This document shows, one piece after another, positions 14,850 to 21,618 of a stretch of 24,978 bases of DNA (positions are counted from its first letter, which is position 1; the number at the start of each line of letters is the position of its first letter). A program made the position numbers and the translations under genes. The DNA is taken from positions 1-24,978 of IMG/VR virus record IMGVR_UViG_3300037420_002492; one strand, 5' to 3'. Source of the DNA: a virus. Taxonomy: Duplodnaviria > Caudoviricetes. The notes below the pieces were generated by a model that saw nothing but the letters and a program-made list of their open reading frames with translations, was not told where the DNA came from and did no database searches.

Positions 14850-17636
14850 ATGATTTTAGCACAGAATTCTGCTCAAGAAACGGTCAAAGTTCAAGCTGCA
14901 TCTACCTCTCAAGTTACAGATGCTAATACTGAACTAAAAGAGAAGATTTACCTGGCGATCGATGCTGAATGGGACCCTTCAAAGAACCTTGATCTCTGCT
15001 GTACGATGAGCCTTCAAGGTGGTCCTAAAGCCGTGTTTTTGAACAGCTACATTCAAGATCATGTCTCTCCTGAAGTCTTTGATCGTATTCGAGCTATTGC
15101 TTCTCAGTGGGCTCAACAACGGGGTGTGAATCTGTATTGGCTTCCGTTCGACGATCGGATGGATTTGATCAACTACTTTCTTTCTGACATCAGCCTCGAT
15201 GTCAAGAATGTGAATCTGAGAATGTTCTACTCACCTAGAGATCTGACCATTGGATTTGGTTTTGATCAAGTGAAAGACTATTACAAACGGAACTGTTCCA
15301 GAACCGGTATTCAGCAACGTCGTAATGTCTCTGCTTATGCCCTTCCGATCGGTGACTATAAGTTTACTATCATGGATCTGAAAGGTTTGCAGCCGATCGG
15401 AGGTCTAAAGGATTTGGCTAAATCTGTCGGATATGAAATGCAATCCAAATCGGACATGGATGAGTACAAGAGCAACATGCTTGAAGGTTTAATTCAAGAA
15501 ACTGAGAAGTTTTTGGATTATGCTTTAGCTGATGCTGAAGACTTGCATATCATCCACGATCTTTTCAACATGTATGTTCGGGATAAGGTGTGTAAGGACA
15601 TCCTCGGTGTTGAATTTGTTGATGATATTCCAATGACGACCGGTTCTTTGGAGGCTAGAGTTTTCCAGCAGTGGCTTCATAACCTTGCTGGCAATAAAAA
15701 TGCTTTTGAATTTGCCATTCGAAAGCTTGGTCTATTAAATACCGGTTCTAAAACTGCTAAGAAGGATCGGATCAAGTTCAACGAGGTGATTGATAGCATT
15801 ACTTCTGTTGTTGACTTGGATGCTAATCCTGAAGCTTCTCTTGACCTGAGCCGTATTGATTTTCAATCGAACGGATATTCTCAGGCTTCTGTACTGTCTC
15901 TAGCTCGACACTCTACGACTGCTGCCTTCAATGCCCTTGTTCACGGTGGAAGATGTAATAACGAAAATCCTTTTGCCTTTTCAATCGACTGTGCTGGAGC
16001 CGATATCGACCTTCAGGGCTGTTATGGAAACTCTCTAGCTAAGTTTACCTATCCAATCGGATTACCTACCTTGTGGGGTTTTACTGAGAATCAGAAACGT
16101 CTTACCCTCAAGCAATGGTTAGACAAGAATGAATCCGATCTTCATCTTGGTTTGTGGCAAGTCGTTGTCTCAGGAGAGCTTCCTTTCTCACAGGACTTGA
16201 TTTATTCCAAATTGGTCTCCCTCAATCAGATTCACAAAGTTGCTTTTGGTGGATGGGAAAAGGAGGAGAACCATGTTGGAAGTAGTGAAATCCGGGACCA
16301 CGATCTGCAACATATTCCTGGTGAGTTTGCTTTGATCCGTAATGAGCTTGAAAACGGCATTATTACCAGTGATTTACTGCAAGCCATCCGACAAGTTTCT
16401 ACCGATCGTGAGTTGAATGCTTGGATGAAGCTTGAAGTCGTTTGTGCTGCAGGTTATAAGCTCAGTGATCAGGTTGAAACTATCGACGAATGGAGTGCTG
16501 CCGTCATTTCTGATAAGGGTCAGTACGAAACGGTGAAGGGTAATGCAGCCCTTATCAAAGACGAAAGAACCAGAAAGTGGGTTGGAATTCCGATTGGAGA
16601 TTTTATTGGTCCGTTAGTCAGTAAACGATTGGGTATTAAGCAGTTGGCTAAATCCAATAAGGATCTGAAGTCTCTGGATTTGATGCTTAAATTGTTCATC
16701 AACACCTTGTATGGTTGTCTGGCTTCAATTTACTTCCCGATCGGCAATGCTATTGTTGCTAATAACATCACAGGTCGTGCTCGATTGGGAGCTTGGATGA
16801 TTAATAAAGCTCTTTGGACTAGACAATCGATCACGGATGGTGGGATTTACCAGCTTTCTGAGGTTCCTTTTCTCACTAACTCCGATCGTTTACCTGGCTT
16901 TGATGTTTTATCCGACTGTAGTAGATGGATTGATCACCGTAGAAAGAATAGAACGATCGGAAGCTTAGGAAATATCGACTGGAATTCCCGTGTCTTCAAA
17001 GGAATGACCGAAGCCCTGAAGGATCTTTCCGAGGAAATTGATGGGATAGCCCTTCAGCATATCAACCAGTTTTGGGGTAGCTACGATCTTCAGCTTCCTT
17101 TCAACGTTGAGCATAAAGAGGAGCACTTCTTCACCCGTGCTGCTTACTGGTCAAAAGCTCACTATGCTTTGGATTTGGTTCAGCCTTGCCTTAATAAGTA
17201 CACGGGTGAATTTACCGATCGTCACTTCATCATTCGAGGAGTCAAGACCTACAAAGAAGACTCCGGGCTTAAGATGAGTCCCGTGTTTGACTTGCTATCC
17301 AACATTCTTGAGGGTGCTGACGGATTTCCGATCGACCTGGAATACGATCACTTTTACCTGATGAGGGTTGGGAAGTATGCCCAGCTTCAGAGTAGCTCCA
17401 GTGAATCTGAGCTTAAGAGTAAGCGGCCTGGTGATGAAGTCATTGAAGAGAGAATTCAACGATTCAACAACACCCACCTTCCGATTGCTTCGATTGCTGA
17501 GTTTCGAAGCCGAACTGATCGGAAGACCTTCAGAACTTCTAAGGGAGAGAAGGTGAGGATTCCATTCTTTGAAAAGTTCGGTCCGAAAGGAATTTCCTAC
17601 GTTCACAGGATGATGTTGGACGATCGACTCAAGTAA
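14850..17636 (+). CDS. Family B DNA polymerase with 3'-5' exonuclease, piPolB-like (probable start ATG at 14850, 928 aa)
   Basis: ExoI YLAIDAEW; ExoII-like FYSPRD; ExoIII YALAD; HGGR; motif A DIDLQGCYG; motif B KLFINTLYG; motif C SITDGG; KAHY. Confidence 0.85.
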   Translation: MILAQNSAQETVKVQAASTSQVTDANTELKEKIYLAIDAEWDPSKNLDLCCTMSLQGGPKAVFLNSYIQDHVSPEVFDRIRAIASQWAQQRGVNLYWLPFDDRMDLINYFLSDISLDVKNVNLRMFYSPRDLTIGFGFDQVKDYYKRNCSRTGIQQRRNVSAYALPIGDYKFTIMDLKGLQPIGGLKDLAKSVGYEMQSKSDMDEYKSNMLEGLIQETEKFLDYALADAEDLHIIHDLFNMYVRDKVCKDILGVEFVDDIPMTTGSLEARVFQQWLHNLAGNKNAFEFAIRKLGLLNTGSKTAKKDRIKFNEVIDSITSVVDLDANPEASLDLSRIDFQSNGYSQASVLSLARHSTTAAFNALVHGGRCNNENPFAFSIDCAGADIDLQGCYGNSLAKFTYPIGLPTLWGFTENQKRLTLKQWLDKNESDLHLGLWQVVVSGELPFSQDLIYSKLVSLNQIHKVAFGGWEKEENHVGSSEIRDHDLQHIPGEFALIRNELENGIITSDLLQAIRQVSTDRELNAWMKLEVVCAAGYKLSDQVETIDEWSAAVISDKGQYETVKGNAALIKDERTRKWVGIPIGDFIGPLVSKRLGIKQLAKSNKDLKSLDLMLKLFINTLYGCLASIYFPIGNAIVANNITGRARLGAWMINKALWTRQSITDGGIYQLSEVPFLTNSDRLPGFDVLSDCSRWIDHRRKNRTIGSLGNIDWNSRVFKGMTEALKDLSEEIDGIALQHINQFWGSYDLQLPFNVEHKEEHFFTRAAYWSKAHYALDLVQPCLNKYTGEFTDRHFIIRGVKTYKEDSGLKMSPVFDLLSNILEGADGFPIDLEYDHFYLMRVGKYAQLQSSSSESELKSKRPGDEVIEERIQRFNNTHLPIASIAEFRSRTDRKTFRTSKGEKVRIPFFEKFGPKGISYVHRMMLDDRLK

Positions 17637-17722
17637 TCCAATCGAAGGGGCTTTCTAACCCCTCCGATCGATTCTGTTGATCAATGCTATTTTGAAATCC
17701 AGTAAAGCATTATGGTTTTGGC

Positions 17723-17756
17723 GGGGGTCATGATCGGTAATCATGACCCCCTTTTT
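17723..17756 (+). terminator. Intrinsic terminator downstream of polB
   Basis: Perfect 12-bp stem GGGGGTCATGAT-CGGTA-ATCATGACCCCC followed by TTTTT. Confidence 0.85.
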
Positions 17757-17887
17757 CATTTACCGGTAACTTGGCTCACCTGTCCGACCGTCCTTAACAA
17801 GCAACATTGGTTAAATACCGGTAACTTGGGCGATCGAGCCAGCCGACCTTAATCCGACCGATAAGTAAATACTGGTATTTACTAGTG

Positions 17888-18008
17888 AGGTAGCTTAAAT
17901 TCTCTTGTCAATGTGTAATTTATTTTTGTGGGTGGAACATTAAGCACGTCCAAATAGTTAGGTAGAGTAGGTTGGGGTTTTTGGCTATGTTCCCCAGCCT
18001 ATTTTTTT
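17888..18008 (+). repeat. Copy 1 of a diverged ~120-bp direct repeat ending in a terminator (sRNA-like)
   Basis: Aligns with 18338-18456; ends TAGGTTGGGG...CCCCAGCCTA-T7. Confidence 0.75.
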
Positions 18009-18337
18009 GTTGGAGTTTTGGGTGCTACAGGGAAAACTATCAAGGTGCCTTAAAACTGCCTAACCCTCATAAAATAGGCAGCACCATCAGCACGATCGAT
18101 TAGCCTGCCCCGATCAGGGCCTTAATAGGTCACCAGTAATTTACCGGTAAATCAGCTTTGACGAGTCTTTTACACGACCCGTCAATCGTTTAGCTGAGTA
18201 GCTTGATTTGACCAGAGCTAGAGCATTTCCCCCGGAGGGGGCCAATCACCTCAGTAACCCATTCCGGTAGAACGATCAGCCAGCCCTTCAGCAATCTAGC
18301 TTACGAATAAGTGATAGATAGTCGAGATTAATCAGCA

Positions 18338-18456
18338 AGGTAGCTTGAATCCTCTTTCCATTGTCTAATCCTGCTAGAACAGTGGAACGTTAAGCAAATC
18401 CAATTAGTTAGTCAGCGAATAGGTTGGAGTTTTGACTTTTCCCCAACCTATTTTTT
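18338..18456 (+). repeat. Copy 2 of the ~120-bp direct repeat (450 bp downstream)
   Basis: Shared blocks AGGTAGCTTRAATYCTCTT, GTGGAACRTTAAGCA..TCCAAWTAGTTAG and TAGGTTGGRG...CCCCARCCTA-T6. Confidence 0.75.
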
Positions 18457-18635
18457 CTGCAAGAACCTTGACTCGTAATGTGTTTCAGCCGTCTACTTGC
18501 CAGCTAGCCAATCGGTTCTACTCTTTCTGCTTTTTGAGTACAATTACTTACCTTAAATTTGATCTAGAAGGTGCCTGTTTTTGAGTCAAGGTATGATTCA
18601 TCCTTCAAAAAGGAGCCTTGATTAACCGATCGGAC

Positions 18636-18878
18636 TCATAAAGCACCCAACCTCACCCACATCTCTTTTTCTTCAGCTAGGTCTAAACATTCCTCATGAG
18701 TTAATTCGACCGTCACTGTCATTTGACCTTGGCTAGTATGGTTTGTGAACATCCGAATGTGACCCCCGATCGATGAGTGTGCCCCCGGAGGTTGCTCTAG
18801 CAAGTTTTTCATCACTTGCTCTAGAAAAGCACCTGCAATAGTAAAGTGCTTGCCAGTCGTTTCTATCGTTACCTTCAC
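18636..18878 (-). CDS. Hypothetical protein (80 aa) downstream of the integrase
   Basis: GTG start 14 bp after the int stop with AAGGAG upstream; probably co-transcribed with int. Confidence 0.6.
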   Translation of the reverse strand: MKVTIETTGKHFTIAGAFLEQVMKNLLEQPPGAHSSIGGHIRMFTNHTSQGQMTVTVELTHEECLDLAEEKEMWVRLGAL

Positions 18879-18892
18879 GATCGGGCTCCTTT

Positions 18893-20071
18893 TTAATCCA
18901 CAGGTTTGATTGATTTCAGCTTCAGGACATCGGCATAGACCCGCTCGATCATTTCAACACTGCTATCAACCCACTTAGCTAGGACAAAAGCCGAAACACC
19001 TTTCAGCAATTGCAAGGTGATGAAGGTATCCCTAGTGTTGTAAAGAGTCGTGCCAGGTTTGATCGGATCGACTAACCGAACCCAGGCTGTCTTGGCAAAA
19101 TTAGACCGATTAATGGGACCACCTCTCTTACCTGGAAAGATCAGTAAGCCTGGATTGACTGAGGCAGGCTTAATACTAACTAAAAGAGCTTGAAGCTTGG
19201 GAGAACACGGAAAGACACGAGTTCTGTTGTTTTTGGAGCCTGCCGTTTGTATCCACCTGTTATGCGAATAGATCAGTGAACCGTTGAACTCGATTTCATC
19301 ACAATCGGGCGATACATTCCCCCACTTCAAACCAATAACCTCCGAAGTACGAGCACCAGTCAGAAAGAGGGTTTTGACAAGGGGAGTGTAGTAGCTATAA
19401 CGGTGTCCCGTGTGGATTTTTCCGTTCCAGTTACCCCGGTGTTGTTCAAAAGCCTGGATTACCGATTGCATCTCCTCTTCACTAAAGGCATTCGGCTTGG
19501 GACTGAGTTGATAGTTAAAGGCTGGCAGCTCGGCAGCCATACCAGCATAAGGACTGAGATGGGTATCCACGATCAGTTTGTGTTTAATAGCCCACTTCAC
19601 GGCTGCATTAAGCTCAATCAGAATCCTTTTAGTTTGATGATTCGTAGTGATGGATTGGAGCTGCTCTCTCACCACAAGGGCATCTAAGCAATCTAAATGA
19701 CCGATCTTGGCAATCTGACGACCGTACCACTCAATGAGGATTTGAGAGGTTTCCTTACGACTTACTTGCTTGTATTTCTGGTATCGTTCCCAAAGTTCTC
19801 CCAACGTAAGGGGTTTGTGGATCACGATCGGAGTTTCTACCTTGCTAACTTTGTACTTCTGCAAGGTGGAATCAAAACATCCATTCAGGTAATCCAGTTC
19901 CACTTGTTTGGAAATCTGTTCTGCCAAAATCCAGTTTTCACGAGCGTCACTCAATCCTAGAGTGAAACGTTTCTGCTCTCCACCAAACCATTCACGGGGA
20001 AGAGTCAGTCTTAATCTGCCGGAATTCGACTGCACATTAACTCTACCCTTAACCCTCTTTGATACCTTCAT
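18893..20071 (-). CDS. int: Tyrosine recombinase / phage integrase with cyanobacterial arm-binding N-terminus (392 aa)
   Basis: GRLRLTLP...KRFTLGLSD arm domain; LFLTGARTSE (Arg I), SKN (Lys), YNTR (Arg II), MIERVY (Tyr); adjacent to a tRNA. Confidence 0.93.
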   Translation of the reverse strand: MKVSKRVKGRVNVQSNSGRLRLTLPREWFGGEQKRFTLGLSDARENWILAEQISKQVELDYLNGCFDSTLQKYKVSKVETPIVIHKPLTLGELWERYQKYKQVSRKETSQILIEWYGRQIAKIGHLDCLDALVVREQLQSITTNHQTKRILIELNAAVKWAIKHKLIVDTHLSPYAGMAAELPAFNYQLSPKPNAFSEEEMQSVIQAFEQHRGNWNGKIHTGHRYSYYTPLVKTLFLTGARTSEVIGLKWGNVSPDCDEIEFNGSLIYSHNRWIQTAGSKNNRTRVFPCSPKLQALLVSIKPASVNPGLLIFPGKRGGPINRSNFAKTAWVRLVDPIKPGTTLYNTRDTFITLQLLKGVSAFVLAKWVDSSVEMIERVYADVLKLKSIKPVD

Positions 20072-20209
20072 CGATTTAGCTTGAGTCCGATTGGAATACC
20101 ATAACCGGACTCAAACTTTCATTTTTGGGGTAAATGGAATCGAATAGAGTCGATCGGACGAGTATGAGAGATCGTCTGAAAGCCTTATGTCAGAAGGATT
20201 GTGTGAATA

Positions 20210-20280
20210 AGCGGGCAGCGAGAATCGAACTCGCATCAATAGCTTGGAAGGCTATGGTTTTACCACTAAACTATGCCCGC
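20210..20280 (-). tRNA. tRNA-Gly (anticodon TCC); probable prophage att target
   Basis: Reverse complement GCGGGCA TA GTTTAGTGGTAAAAC C ATAGC-CTTCCAA-GCTAT TGAT GCGAG-TTCGATT-CTCGC TGCCCGC T forms a full cloverleaf; CCA not encoded. Confidence 0.97.
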
Positions 20281-20305
20281 ACACGCATTTAACCAAGCAG
20301 TTTTA

Positions 20306-20316
20306 ATCTTAGCACA
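20306..20316 (-). promoter_or_regulatory. Putative extended -10 promoter of tRNA-Gly
   Basis: Minus strand TGTGCTAAGAT about 25 bp upstream of the tRNA 5' end. Confidence 0.5.
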
Positions 20317-20360
20317 GTTTTAGCATCTGGGAATAGATGGGCAAAAAATATGTTTGCTCT

Positions 20361-21509
20361 TCAAGGCGACAGCTGCACCCGAATCGACGTCTCCCAATCC
20401 GATGCGGGTGCTTTATTGCCTTGATTCGTTTCGACATCAACCTGAAACTTTGCCTGGTAAAAAGCTTGAGCTACAGCACCCTCAATCAGTCCTTTATCAA
20501 TCTCTGGGTAGGCTCTAAGGGTGGGGCTATCCTCAAGAACTTTGAGATCTAAAACGCTGCCGGACTCATTATCAATGACCAAACTAATGCGTAGATCTAA
20601 AACCCGAGTAGGAAGCTTTACCGGATAGGCTAGGTTTATGTCGATCGGGCTTATTAGTTTTGCCGCTTTTGCACTAGTTTGATTTCGAGCGGCAGCAGGA
20701 ATTTCTAGCTTACTTGTGAGTTGAACCCCTAAGTTTGAATACCCTTCTAAAGACGTATCGGAACGGCTTGGCGCTGATGAAGTACCCGTATTTTGTGTTC
20801 CAGCGGGAGGTGCATTGTCCTTAGCGTCACTTGGATTAGAACCTGACGAGCTAGACGAGCCAGAATTTACCTTTCCGGGAAACTGCGAACTCGAATCTGG
20901 AGATGGAGACGCTGATGGAGTGCCGCTTGAAGAGGCTGGAGAAGATTGTGGTGTGGGAGATGCCGAACCTGGACTAGAAGGAGGGGGACTGCTAGTGCGT
21001 TGTTTTCCCGCTCCAGCAGGCTCGACAGGCTGTTGTCTGTCCTGGGGCGGCATGGATTGTGGAGGTATGGTCTGATTCTTTTGCTGTGGCGGATTAGTTT
21101 GGGATGGGGATGGGGAGGATGAGGGAGATACACTAGGACGCGGAACGTTTGGAATAATGCGCGGCGTCGAGTTTTCGAGAATAGGGGCATTCAGAGAACT
21201 CTGAGAATCTTCGGAGGAATTATTAGCAGGTGGGGAAGCTACTTGTGACAAAGGCGTGTTCTGAGTGGCAGAAGGCGAAACAGACTTCGGAGGTTGAGAA
21301 CCTGATGCGTTTGGGTCAATTTCAACGAATTCAACTGATGCGGTAGAACTGCCTGCTGCCTGTAAGTGTGAAGGCAGCGTCAGATACCATCGCCCAATCA
21401 GCAAAATGACGAGATGCATCGTCAGGGATGCCGCAATCAAATATAACCAAAAGAGCGGCGATTCGCGGTGATATTTAGATCGATCGTCGGTCGAAAAAGA
21501 CTGCGCCAT
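20361..21509 (-). CDS. TonB-like Pro/Ser-rich membrane-anchored protein (382 aa, host)
   Basis: N-terminal TM helix with the S-x3-H motif (AASLTMHLVILL), long Pro/Ser linker, C-terminal alpha/beta domain resembling TonB_C. Confidence 0.6.
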   Translation of the reverse strand: MAQSFSTDDRSKYHRESPLFWLYLIAASLTMHLVILLIGRWYLTLPSHLQAAGSSTASVEFVEIDPNASGSQPPKSVSPSATQNTPLSQVASPPANNSSEDSQSSLNAPILENSTPRIIPNVPRPSVSPSSSPSPSQTNPPQQKNQTIPPQSMPPQDRQQPVEPAGAGKQRTSSPPPSSPGSASPTPQSSPASSSGTPSASPSPDSSSQFPGKVNSGSSSSSGSNPSDAKDNAPPAGTQNTGTSSAPSRSDTSLEGYSNLGVQLTSKLEIPAAARNQTSAKAAKLISPIDINLAYPVKLPTRVLDLRISLVIDNESGSVLDLKVLEDSPTLRAYPEIDKGLIEGAVAQAFYQAKFQVDVETNQGNKAPASDWETSIRVQLSP

Positions 21510-21618
21510 ACCAACCCAAGAAAACAGGGACTCAGTAGATGAATGTTATCTCTGATGATCAAACTTCTTCAGATTCAATTCTCTTTTATCCTAGTCCCTG
21601 ATCTCGAATTTCTGTTCC

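Larger units (their letters stand above)
1..20209. mobile_element. Prophage with contractile tail, integrated at tRNA-Gly; left end outside window
   Basis: Terminase, portal, capsid, sheath, tube and tape measure genes in canonical order. A tyrosine integrase starts 139 bp beyond the tRNA 3' end. Composition shifts at the tRNA (lower GC and few GCG/CGC on the left, host-like on the right). Confidence 0.93.

Noticed and set aside
14850-17636. Protein-primed (phi29-like) replication
   Set aside because: No terminal protein candidate, motif C lacks YxDTDS, and the element uses a terminase and integrates through a tyrosine recombinase.
17880-18410. Minus-strand peptides in the duplicated units (LDVLNVP / LDLLNVP)
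   Set aside because: Some changes look synonymous, but copy 2 has two in-frame TAG stops and the terminator polarity favours a + strand RNA.
17758-18456. Mini-CRISPR array
   Set aside because: Repeats are few, diverged and lack regular repeat-spacer periodicity; no cas genes in the window.
13891-18490. 11-bp inverted match GGCTGAAACAC / GTGTTTCAGCC flanking the polB module, as possible terminal inverted repeats
   Set aside because: An 11-bp match is expected by chance in 20 kb; no target duplication or extension.
20815-21190. Alternative-frame ORFs and apparent repeats in the TonB-like gene
   Set aside because: Explained by the low-complexity Pro/Ser linker.
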